Shown: positions 46,428 through 55,495 of the stretch, in pieces
Position numbering within the stretch: the stretch's first letter is position 1
Layout: every line of letters starts with the position of its first letter
Notes under the pieces: model-generated
Database searches by the model: none
What the model saw: the letters and a program-made list of their open reading frames with translations, nothing else
Told to the model about the DNA's origin: nothing
Assembly (NCBI GenBank): GCA_944358705.1
Contig: CALVRR010000004.1
Span: forward strand, 9,227-73,226
Length of the DNA stretch: 64,000 nt
From: an uncultured Bacilli bacterium
GTDB lineage: Bacteria > Bacillota_I > Bacilli_A > RF39 > UBA660
Direction: 5' to 3'
Position numbers and translations under genes: made by a program

Positions 46428-48197
46428 TTACTGCACTCGCTCTATTTCTCTTATAAACATATCATCCGTCATACCAGCAATAAAATCAATGACTTTTCGC
46501 TTATCCCTTGTAGAATTTAAATAACGAGAACTCTGAAAATTTAAAAATATAGTATAAATAATACTATCGGTATTATGTTTTAAAATATCTTCTAAATAGC
46601 TGTGATAAAGTCTATTCATTCCATTTCTATAATATGCAATATCTTCTTGACTCATACTCTTACTATAGATATTTTTTCCATTAAATTTTTTCAAAGCAAA
46701 TAAAGCTTGATAAACTTCTTGACTTAAAGCAATATAAGGACGATCCAAACTATTTTCTATAATATCTAAAATGACAGTATTCATAATAGAACTATTCGTA
46801 TTTCCTAATACATCCGTAATTTCTTTAGGAAGTTCTTCTCGACGAAACAAACCAAGTTCAATCGCATCTTCAATATCTCGACCAATATAACCGACAATAT
46901 CACTAATACGAACAACACACCCTTCCATAGTCATTGGATGATTACGACTAGATTCTTCCAAATCATAATAAGAATTTTTATATTGTGCTAAAAATTCTTC
47001 TTTAGTCTTAGAAACCGGAGTATAAATATTTGATAACATCTCTCCGTTATGACACATAATTCCATCAAGAACCTGTACCGTTAAATTAAGACCTCTTCCG
47101 TGATTTTCTACTTCCATATAATGACGAACCCCTTGAATATTATGACTAAAAGCTTCCCCTAACTCTTGCAAAGAAATCTCATTTAACAACATCTCCCCGG
47201 TATGTCCCAAAGGAGTATGACCAACGTCATGTCCTAAAGCGATAGCTTCAATTAAATCACAATTTAAATTTAAAGCTCTTCCAATAGTACGGGCAACCTT
47301 ACTCACCAACTGTACATGAAGCATTCTTTCACTAATATGATCATTTTCTTTAAAAGAATACACCTGTGTCTTATCCGCATATCTAGTATAGCTAAGAGCA
47401 TGAATAATTCGATCAACATCTCGAAAAAAAGGAGCACGTATATCATCATCAATCTTCTCAAATCGAATAGCAGCACCACTCTTCGTAGCATAAGAAGAAT
47501 AAGTATCCTCAATTTTTAAGAAATTATTTTTTATCTTCTCTAACTCCAAAGAAGAACAAACCCGTTTTTTTATTCGCTCTATAACAAGCATCATATCTTT
47601 GATAAATTGCTTATCCTCCTCTCCTCGTCTTACAACAAAATCAAACCAAGTATCATCAAAAACAATCTCTTTTCTCTTTTTTATCTCAAAATAAACTTCA
47701 CGAGGATAACTACTAACATAAAAAACATTGTCACCAATAACCGAGAACTCTCTATTAGAATAATCCATCTTTCTCTGACCAATCGTATGAATATTCAAAG
47801 AATCCTCTGAATGAATACGAATCTTTATAATTTGATAAGAATGCTTTAATAACTTCTCCTCTATTTTTTGAAAACATGAAAAATTATTTACATTTTGATC
47901 ATAAACAAAAGAAATACCATGAGAAAGTAAATACTCCAATCTCTCATTATTAATATTCGTAACTTTATCTTCAATCTCCAAACGAACATCTTCACTAAAC
48001 TCTTTACTAAATTGATAAAAATAATTTCGAACATAATCATTACTAAGTAAAAAGATAGATAACTTTTTGGATAATTCTCTAGCAAATTCAAACTTTAAAG
48101 AACCAGGATAAGCAGTAAATAAAATAACGAATGGCTCCGGATATTTTTTTACTCTTTCAACCTCACTTTTCATCTCCAACATAAAGTCTTTTTTCAT
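46428..48197 (-). CDS. dGTPase-like HD protein with N-terminal degenerate P-loop kinase domain
   Basis: RDVDRIIH..R..DKTQV, LGHDVGHTPLGHTGE, HNIQG, DFIAGMTD; N-terminal ILFTAYPGSLK..LSNDYVR. Confidence 0.8.
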   Translation of the reverse strand: MKKDFMLEMKSEVERVKKYPEPFVILFTAYPGSLKFEFARELSKKLSIFLLSNDYVRNYFYQFSKEFSEDVRLEIEDKVTNINNERLEYLLSHGISFVYDQNVNNFSCFQKIEEKLLKHSYQIIKIRIHSEDSLNIHTIGQRKMDYSNREFSVIGDNVFYVSSYPREVYFEIKKRKEIVFDDTWFDFVVRRGEEDKQFIKDMMLVIERIKKRVCSSLELEKIKNNFLKIEDTYSSYATKSGAAIRFEKIDDDIRAPFFRDVDRIIHALSYTRYADKTQVYSFKENDHISERMLHVQLVSKVARTIGRALNLNCDLIEAIALGHDVGHTPLGHTGEMLLNEISLQELGEAFSHNIQGVRHYMEVENHGRGLNLTVQVLDGIMCHNGEMLSNIYTPVSKTKEEFLAQYKNSYYDLEESSRNHPMTMEGCVVRISDIVGYIGRDIEDAIELGLFRREELPKEITDVLGNTNSSIMNTVILDIIENSLDRPYIALSQEVYQALFALKKFNGKNIYSKSMSQEDIAYYRNGMNRLYHSYLEDILKHNTDSIIYTIFLNFQSSRYLNSTRDKRKVIDFIAGMTDDMFIREIERVQ

Positions 48198-48222
48198 AAG
48201 ATTCCTCCCATATCATTTGACA

Positions 48223-48555
48223 CTACTTTTGCATTACTTTTGGAACACTACTCGCAAAAACAGAAGAAGCTACTAGATTTTTCTTCGACAAATCTTCTTG
48301 TAAACAACAATAATAAGTACCGAAAGCTTCTATAAATTGATGATACTTATAATTTCGAGAAGTATCTTTATCAGACAAATACAAATTTCTAGAAATACTT
48401 TCTAACTCATAAGACGAAATAACATCAACCGGAATAGAATCAGAAGCAAAAAATACTCGACCGAAAACATCTCTAGAAACAATGGCATTACCACATGGTT
48501 CTAACTTTTTAATTGTAGTATTTCCCTGATAAATAGGAACATTATAATATTTCAT
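48223..48555 (-). CDS. Hypothetical protein
   Basis: 110 aa ORF, GAGGT RBS, coupled to U32 gene. Confidence 0.55.
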   Translation of the reverse strand: MKYYNVPIYQGNTTIKKLEPCGNAIVSRDVFGRVFFASDSIPVDVISSYELESISRNLYLSDKDTSRNYKYHQFIEAFGTYYCCLQEDLSKKNLVASSVFASSVPKVMQK

Positions 48556-48557
48556 AC

Positions 48558-49745
48558 TTACACCTCATTTAACATACGAATCATAGAATACTCTTCAATA
48601 TCAATATCCGTATCCAAAAATAAATAATAGATATTATCTGGATGTCTAGCAACATCCAAACAATTCATATCTTCATCATACAACTTTTCTACCACGAAAG
48701 AAATTCTTTCTCCCCTTGGCGTAAATAATTCAACATAATCTCCAACTTTAAAATAATTCCTTTCATAGAACTTTACAAGTTTCTGTTTTTTATCAAAAGA
48801 AATAACTTGTCCCAAATAATCTTGATTACTAGCTTCATTTCTACCAGTAAAATATTGATCCTTAGCACCAGCTTCTTTAAGTAAATAATGTGTGGAAACG
48901 GCACGATTAGCAACTCTAGCAAGTCTTTTTTCTAAAACTTCCAATTTTTCCTCAGTTAAACTTCCAGCATAATAACAATCAATAATCTCACGATAAGTAC
49001 CAATAACTGTTGCTAAATAATACAAAGAACGCATTCTTCCTTCTACTTTTAAACTAGTAACACCAATATCAATAAGATTTCCAATATACCTAGCTAAGTT
49101 ATTATCTTTTGTTGCAAAAGTAAAATCTTTTTTACCATCCACTGCAAAAGCAAATCTACATACTTGTGCACATCCTCCACGGTTAGCATCACGATTCGTA
49201 ACATAATTCGATAAAGCACAACGCCCACTATAACAAGTACACATAGCCCCATGAATAAATACTTCTATATCAATTCCTGTTTTATCGATAATCTCTTTCA
49301 TCTCGTTAAGAGAAACTTCACGAGCAAGAACCACTCGATCAACACCTTGGTTCTGAAAGTATTCTACACTTTTATAATTAGTAGTAGAATCCTGTGTAGA
49401 TAAATGTACTTCTACCTGTGGAAAATTTTTCTTAATGTAAGAAATAATAAATGGGTCACTGACAATAAAAGCATCAATTCCCGCATCTACAACTGAAGCA
49501 ATATACTCTTCTACACCATCCATATCTTCATTATGAAAAACAATATTTAAAGTAAGATAAACTTTTTTACCAAGTTTATGAGCAAAACTACAACCTTCTC
49601 TTATCTGTTCTATCGTAAAATTAGTAGCATTAGCTCGTAACCCATATTTTTCTCCTCCAATATAGACAGCATCCGCCCCGTACAACAAAGTAACCTTTAA
49701 ACGCTCCAAATCTCCAGCCGGAGAAAGTAACTCTATTTTCCTCAT
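48558..49745 (-). CDS. U32 family tRNA hydroxylation protein (YrrO/TrhP2-like)
   Basis: ELLSPAG, GADAVYIGG, HGAMC..YSGRC, NRGGCAQVCR, KVEGRMRS. Confidence 0.92.
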   Translation of the reverse strand: MRKIELLSPAGDLERLKVTLLYGADAVYIGGEKYGLRANATNFTIEQIREGCSFAHKLGKKVYLTLNIVFHNEDMDGVEEYIASVVDAGIDAFIVSDPFIISYIKKNFPQVEVHLSTQDSTTNYKSVEYFQNQGVDRVVLAREVSLNEMKEIIDKTGIDIEVFIHGAMCTCYSGRCALSNYVTNRDANRGGCAQVCRFAFAVDGKKDFTFATKDNNLARYIGNLIDIGVTSLKVEGRMRSLYYLATVIGTYREIIDCYYAGSLTEEKLEVLEKRLARVANRAVSTHYLLKEAGAKDQYFTGRNEASNQDYLGQVISFDKKQKLVKFYERNYFKVGDYVELFTPRGERISFVVEKLYDEDMNCLDVARHPDNIYYLFLDTDIDIEEYSMIRMLNEV

Positions 49746-50596
49746 TTTTTCACCCTATAGATAGTTTTCTTGAAAAAGAATCCTGTACTATCCCCTAACT
49801 TTTTATATTTTTCTACATAAGAAACATCACTACATCCACCAGCAATATATTTCTTAGTATCACGAATAAGTTCTAAGAAAGAAGGTATTCCCTCTTCTCT
49901 AAATAAAACATAATCCACATTAGCCTGATATAAATCTGAAATAACAGAAGTACCATTTAATACTTCATCTAGTAAAAATCCAGTTCCACTATTTTCTTCT
50001 TTAACTAAGTATTTTTTATTAGTAATTTTTTCCAAAACGGAAAGCGTAGAACTACCAGTATCACCTAAATCTTCATAATAATTATGAACTAATTTTCTTC
50101 TACTATATCCAACACTTGGTAAACTAACAACCTCCACAATAGTACCAATAGCTGACTCTTTAGCAATAGAAGTAATCTCATCTAAAGTAATTTCTTTCGA
50201 AAGTAACGCATAACGAACCCCTTGATGATAATAATAATCACAAGTACGAGAATTGGTAACCATATGTGTTTGACTCCAAACCAAAGGAATAGATAAATTT
50301 AATTCCTGCTTTAACTGTAGCAAAGACAAATCATAGAAAAAAATACCACAAACAGACATCTGCTCTAACTCTAAAAGCACACGTCTAACTTCCTCTACTT
50401 CACTATTAAATATATTTTTATCCATTTTAACAAAGACTTCTATCTTCGGATATTGCTTCACAATTTCTTTTATTTCATTGAAAGAGAAAGTAACAGAATT
50501 TAAAACAGAAAAATTTTCTAATCCTAATAATAAAGCATCACAAGAATCTATATAATTAGAAATTTCTTTGCTCATAACTTCTACTAATACCTTCAT
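49742..50596 (-). CDS. Short U32 family protein (YrrN/TrhP1-like)
   Basis: LSKEITLDEI, SRRKLV.NY, TGFFFKKTIY; tandem with YrrO-like gene. Confidence 0.8.
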   Translation of the reverse strand: MKVLVEVMSKEISNYIDSCDALLLGLENFSVLNSVTFSFNEIKEIVKQYPKIEVFVKMDKNIFNSEVEEVRRVLLELEQMSVCGIFFYDLSLLQLKQELNLSIPLVWSQTHMVTNSRTCDYYYHQGVRYALLSKEITLDEITSIAKESAIGTIVEVVSLPSVGYSRRKLVHNYYEDLGDTGSSTLSVLEKITNKKYLVKEENSGTGFLLDEVLNGTSVISDLYQANVDYVLFREEGIPSFLELIRDTKKYIAGGCSDVSYVEKYKKLGDSTGFFFKKTIYRVKK

Positions 50597-50623
50597 ACGC
50601 CACCTCTGCCCTTATTATATAGC

Positions 50624-50664
50624 AAAAAAAAAAAAAAGAAAAGACTACCTGCTCGCAGTCTTTT
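50624..50664 (-). terminator. Terminator with 14-nt homopolymer
   Basis: aaaagact/agtctttt stem followed by T14 on the minus strand. Confidence 0.55.
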
Positions 50665-51546
50665 TTACTTTTTTAATTGTAATGGATTCGTCATATCTAA
50701 AGTTTGATTACTAATAGCCGTTTGAATCATTTCTTGAACTCTAGTTGTTCTATTAGAAATCATCGCTTGTTCTTCCTCTGGAGTTTGAAAAGAAACATTT
50801 TGATAGAAACTACCATTCAATTGCATTAATAAGGAAAAATAGTCTTGTAAAATCTTATTATTATCTTTTTTATAAATTAAATCAAAAGAAACAACTTCAT
50901 TATTATTTACATAATTATTAATATAATCATTCATAATTTCTAGAGCTTTTACTTTCAACTGATACATCTTGGCTAATTCTTCCTCTGTTAAATCTCTCAC
51001 TAACATCTCAGAATAATTAGTAAATACATTAGGCATTAAACGATTCATAATCTCATTTAAATCCCCTAAATATAGCTGATAGTAATATGTCCTATAACGA
51101 AATTCCTGAACAATATCTCCCTCTTCAGAAACAATATATTCACCCAACTGATAATCCAAATTATCTCTCATAAGTTTTTCAACATTAGAAACATAGATAT
51201 CTTGTTTTTCCCTATATTCATCTAACTTATAAGTATTCATTATCTTTTTAGAAGGCATTTCTCTTAAATAAGAATCTTTTCCTATAAAAAGCATTTCACT
51301 ACCGACATCAGAACCAGTAAATTTTTCTACTTTTTCTACTGTAACATCATCGCTATATAACAATTCAATATATTTAGTTATTTCATCTTTAGTTACTTCT
51401 TCGGTTTGGATATCCTTTAATTCTCCGGAAGGATTTTTAGGATTCTTTTTCTCAGAAGAAGGAGCAGAAAAAGAAAGTACCGCTCCACCAATCAATAAAC
51501 CGATTCCTAACACCGCAATACAAATTAGAATAATTTTCTTCTTCAT
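50665..51546 (-). CDS. Membrane-anchored hypothetical protein
   Basis: MKKK plus hydrophobic anchor, 293 aa. Confidence 0.6.
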   Translation of the reverse strand: MKKKIILICIAVLGIGLLIGGAVLSFSAPSSEKKNPKNPSGELKDIQTEEVTKDEITKYIELLYSDDVTVEKVEKFTGSDVGSEMLFIGKDSYLREMPSKKIMNTYKLDEYREKQDIYVSNVEKLMRDNLDYQLGEYIVSEEGDIVQEFRYRTYYYQLYLGDLNEIMNRLMPNVFTNYSEMLVRDLTEEELAKMYQLKVKALEIMNDYINNYVNNNEVVSFDLIYKKDNNKILQDYFSLLMQLNGSFYQNVSFQTPEEEQAMISNRTTRVQEMIQTAISNQTLDMTNPLQLKK

Positions 51547-51562
51547 AACTCACCATTCTTTC

Positions 51563-53749
51563 TTATGCAGATCTACTACCACAACGTCCCGCATTATTAC
51601 ATGCAGTAGCAGTGATAGAAGGTTTACTAGAACGTGCAAACCAGTACTGTGAAGTAGACCAAGCCGCACAACCAAACTCACGACCACTAGAAACACGGGA
51701 AGAACCATAATTATAAGTACCCGTACCAACACCACTAATAGTAACTACCATTCTAGAACCACTTGCTCTAAAACCAGAGGCAGTATTAGAAATATTAAAT
51801 ATATACCGGTAATCCAACCAATTATAAGCAGAACCACCAGGACATTGGGTAGCTCCTGCAGCCCCTGCATAACTAACAGAAGGAGTACCAGAATCAATTC
51901 GATAAACATAAAAACTACAAGATTTCGTGGCTCCATTCGAACCAGTAATAGTAATAGACTTACTATAAGAACTAGAAGTAGAAGTCGTATAAGTAGCAGA
52001 TTTCGAAGGACAGGCTGTACCATCAGGATTTTTACATCCTACCGTAACTGTACGTGACGATGCCCAACCAGAAGAACTAGAACCATTACCACTGATTGTT
52101 CCACACGTTGGAGGAGTAGCAGACCACTTAGCATATAAGTCAATATCTCCTGTTGCTGTAGCAGAAATACTAGTAACCTTCGTCGTAAATTTACTATCCG
52201 TATACCATCCCTCAAAAGTATAATTCTTTTTCGTCGCATCATATAATTTAGTACCAGTTCCTTCAATATAAGTAGCTGGATTAGAAGAACTATTCGTACC
52301 ATCATTTAAATGATAAGTAATTTTATATTCCTTTACAAATTCATCAACATCAACACTACAAGTACCAACATTACCAGCATTATCCTTAACATAAGCAGTA
52401 TATTTACCATCTTCAGTAACGGTAGTAATCTTAGAACTAGAATATTTTTTTCCATCAAAAGAATATCCGTTACTATCAACACCAGATTGATCTTTACCAT
52501 CACTAGCTGAAACCACTAACTGTAAAGAAGTTTCTGTAATATTTTGTTTTGATATAGTACAAGTAGGAAGCACTTGATCAACATAAACATTAACATCGCA
52601 CTCTTTCGTATTTCCAGCAACATCCTCAATTGTAATTTTATCCTTTTTAATAACCGTACCCTCTTTACCAAATAAAGTAGAAAATTCATTTTCACTACAA
52701 CCACTAGTAGCATCTTCACAAACAACAGAAACCTCACGATTTTCACTAGTCCATACTGTACTGTCTTTGGTATCACCACAAGATGGTGCTGTCTTATCAA
52801 TCATAACTGGAACCATACACTCATGCGTTTTTCCATTGGTTCCTTCAATCGTAATATAACCTTCAGCAGTATCTTCAGTAAAAGTTTTACTAGCTGATTT
52901 TTTCTTACATGCAACCGAAGTATTGTTACACTTAACGGTTATTTTTCTACTAGCACTCTTAGAATTTGTCCAATCTTTCGCTTTTTCTAAATCATATAGT
53001 GGAGATATTTTTCCACAACTTGGAACATCATCATTTTGAATATCAACGAAATTACTTTGTGTTTTCGAATTTCCATGAATATCGTACGCAGTAACAACCA
53101 CTTTAATATTTCCAGGAACATATTTCTTTAATTTTATAGTCTTTTCTAACTCTTCCACATTAGAAGCAGAAACACTGGTAGAATTATATACTAATTGCCC
53201 ATTTTTATAAATAGAATATTGGTAACTAGCAATCTTACTAATAGAACCATTTACAGATATCTTAATATTAGCCTTCGAAGCTTCTACTTTTGTACTATCC
53301 CAGTCAAAAGTGATTTTAATATTTAAACTTTTTGCCGCCGTTTTATCATGATCAATAGTCTTGGCAGGACATATCAAATGTAAAGTATAAATATAATCAG
53401 ACTTAGAAGTTTTTGTAACGGTAACATAACTATTAGCAGTATCACATTCTCCTTTACCATAATCAACAACAGAACCTTTTTTTAAATAATTGTTTTTAAT
53501 TAAAGTCTGTAAGGTAACTCTTCTTTTTTGACCAATAGCCTGAGGTAAAGACCCTCTGTGATCTGCATAATAACTTTCCGCAGCCATAATAACTTGCTTT
53601 TCTAAACTTTCATAAAAATTCTCTTCAGAAGAATTTAAAACCAAAGACACAGCACCAATAGCAACGGCCATCAATAAACCCAAAACCACAATAGTAGCAA
53701 GTAGCTCTACCATGGTAAAACCCTTATTATTCACTTTCAATAAAATCAC
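51563..53749 (-). CDS. Large type IV pilin-like adhesin (class III signal) with Cys-containing Ig-like repeats and InlB-B-like repeat
   Basis: NNKG|FTMVELL prepilin motif; D..P.C repeats; ITYHLNDG..YTFEGWY..LYAKW. Confidence 0.8.
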   Translation of the reverse strand: MILLKVNNKGFTMVELLATIVVLGLLMAVAIGAVSLVLNSSEENFYESLEKQVIMAAESYYADHRGSLPQAIGQKRRVTLQTLIKNNYLKKGSVVDYGKGECDTANSYVTVTKTSKSDYIYTLHLICPAKTIDHDKTAAKSLNIKITFDWDSTKVEASKANIKISVNGSISKIASYQYSIYKNGQLVYNSTSVSASNVEELEKTIKLKKYVPGNIKVVVTAYDIHGNSKTQSNFVDIQNDDVPSCGKISPLYDLEKAKDWTNSKSASRKITVKCNNTSVACKKKSASKTFTEDTAEGYITIEGTNGKTHECMVPVMIDKTAPSCGDTKDSTVWTSENREVSVVCEDATSGCSENEFSTLFGKEGTVIKKDKITIEDVAGNTKECDVNVYVDQVLPTCTISKQNITETSLQLVVSASDGKDQSGVDSNGYSFDGKKYSSSKITTVTEDGKYTAYVKDNAGNVGTCSVDVDEFVKEYKITYHLNDGTNSSSNPATYIEGTGTKLYDATKKNYTFEGWYTDSKFTTKVTSISATATGDIDLYAKWSATPPTCGTISGNGSSSSGWASSRTVTVGCKNPDGTACPSKSATYTTSTSSSYSKSITITGSNGATKSCSFYVYRIDSGTPSVSYAGAAGATQCPGGSAYNWLDYRYIFNISNTASGFRASGSRMVVTISGVGTGTYNYGSSRVSSGREFGCAAWSTSQYWFARSSKPSITATACNNAGRCGSRSA

Positions 53750-53794
53750 ACCCTATTTTATTATCTATAATAATATAATAAAGGAAAATAAAAG

Positions 53795-53817
53795 AAAAAA
53801 CAAGTGAAAACTTGTTT
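53795..53817 (-). terminator. Terminator after the pilin-hydrolase cassette
   Basis: aaacaagt-tttc-acttgttt plus U tract. Confidence 0.6.
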
Positions 53818-54592
53818 AACCTACAATATAAAATTCATAACTTTCATCAGTGAAATACTCTTCTTCTCCATAAACAGAATAGATAGAAAACGCCCGATAA
53901 GCAATCAATTTTCCATGATCAATATAATAATAAACAGAGTCCATATAATCGTCAATACCTCTCCACTTTAGAAAGCAATCATAATCACATTCTTGACGAA
54001 TAAGATAGCCCTTGGAAACTTCATCATTATAATATGATTGAAGTTGTCCCTTAATTTTTTTTGAAACATCATCATCAGAAACCCCAAATAAATCTAAAAC
54101 TTCTTCCTCTTCCATCAACGTTTGATTTTTCAAATTAAAATTATACGTATGAAAACTAACCGTCGGAAAAGAATAACCATCTTCATAATCCAACATTTTT
54201 AATAAAACAGATAAAACTTCCCCATTTACCTGAGAATCATAAACAAATAAATTATTCTTATTCTTTAAAAAGTCTTCTGCATAGTTTTGAATTGCTTTAT
54301 TAACTAAATCTGCATCCTTACTATCGATGTTAATCTCTGGTATTTCATTTTTCATATTTTGATTATTAGTAGAACTAGACTTCGTATAAACCAGGTATTG
54401 AGAAGAATCTTTTTTTATATAATTATAATTACTATAATAATTCTTATATAAATAATAAAAAACTAACAAAATAATCAAAAGAAAAACAAAAATCCATGGT
54501 AATATTTTCTTCCATCGAAAAGAAAGAAATTGTTTTCTTGGACTTTTTCTTTTCTTTACCGATTTTTTTCTCTCTTGTACCACACCAAACAT
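53816..54592 (-). CDS. Membrane-anchored protein, RsiV/PdaC-like fold suspected; paralog of 56565-57317
   Basis: TM; IPEINI..VN..I, VLSVL, TYNFNL, ECDYDCF, EEEYFT.ES. Confidence 0.55.
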   Translation of the reverse strand: MFGVVQERKKSVKKRKSPRKQFLSFRWKKILPWIFVFLLIILLVFYYLYKNYYSNYNYIKKDSSQYLVYTKSSSTNNQNMKNEIPEINIDSKDADLVNKAIQNYAEDFLKNKNNLFVYDSQVNGEVLSVLLKMLDYEDGYSFPTVSFHTYNFNLKNQTLMEEEEVLDLFGVSDDDVSKKIKGQLQSYYNDEVSKGYLIRQECDYDCFLKWRGIDDYMDSVYYYIDHGKLIAYRAFSIYSVYGEEEYFTDESYEFYIVG

Positions 54593-54600
54593 AAATCCTC

Positions 54601-55443
54601 CTAATTTACACCATTAATACGCATAATCCCCCAGACATTACGATATTTATAAGACTCCGTTATTTTTACTCCACCGGCAGGATAAGGTCTTGAGTTACTA
54701 GCATGAACCATCTCTTCCCCATTACCAGTTAAAATACCAACATGACTACCGTACATAACAACATCCCCAGCCTTAATATTACCATCCGTAACCAAAGTAT
54801 ACGTATTAGTAGCTGCCCATTGAGCATAAGTAGTACGTGGTAAACTAATTCCAAAGTGAGCAAAAACACCTTGCACAAACCCACTACAATCCGTAGGTGT
54901 ATATGGCCTTTCTCCATTCCAAGAACCACCATAAGAATAACTTTGTCCTACAAACTCTTTCGCATAAGCAACAATAGCACGTCCAGTAGCACTACCATTA
55001 CCACCATTAACTTCTGGATTATCATAATCCTCTGGCATCAAAATAAAAGATTGGGGTGTTTTATTCGTGGTAGAAACATAAGTACTATTTTCTTGCTTCA
55101 ATACTTCTCGTGTTATCCTAGCGGTATCCCAACAAGCGCCTAATTGAAAACTTCCAATATCACTAGGAATCATACCTAAAGCTAAATCAACAAAAAAAGG
55201 AACAAAAAAGCAAAGTAAAGCAGCAATAAACTTATTTAATAAACTCTTTTTCTTTTTATCATCATCCGGATTAACTAATAATTGAGTAAATTGAATTGCT
55301 AATGCGGTCATTAAAATAATAGGAGCAACTAACTGAATTAAATTTAATATTTGCCTTAAAATATCCAAAATATTTAACAAACCATAATCTGTACAACAAG
55401 TACCCAAGGCTTCACTACAATCCAAAATATGAAAAAACCGCAT
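54601..55443 (-). CDS. VirB2-like pilin domain fused to NlpC/P60 peptidoglycan peptidase
   Basis: N-terminal helical hairpin with NPDDDKKKK loop; DCSGFV, LPRT, GDVV, HVGI, VHAS. Confidence 0.8.
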   Translation of the reverse strand: MRFFHILDCSEALGTCCTDYGLLNILDILRQILNLIQLVAPIILMTALAIQFTQLLVNPDDDKKKKSLLNKFIAALLCFFVPFFVDLALGMIPSDIGSFQLGACWDTARITREVLKQENSTYVSTTNKTPQSFILMPEDYDNPEVNGGNGSATGRAIVAYAKEFVGQSYSYGGSWNGERPYTPTDCSGFVQGVFAHFGISLPRTTYAQWAATNTYTLVTDGNIKAGDVVMYGSHVGILTGNGEEMVHASNSRPYPAGGVKITESYKYRNVWGIMRINGVN

Positions 55444-55495
55444 AATATCACCTGCCTATATTTTAATACATTTCAAAAGAAAAAGAAAGACCAGA

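Noticed and set aside
30076-52800. Short alternative-frame minus ORFs rich in L/V/I (e.g. 30076, 30532, 38610, 51550, 51745, 52039, 52516)
   Set aside because: Frame-shifted readings of T-ending codons in real genes produce spurious hydrophobic peptides
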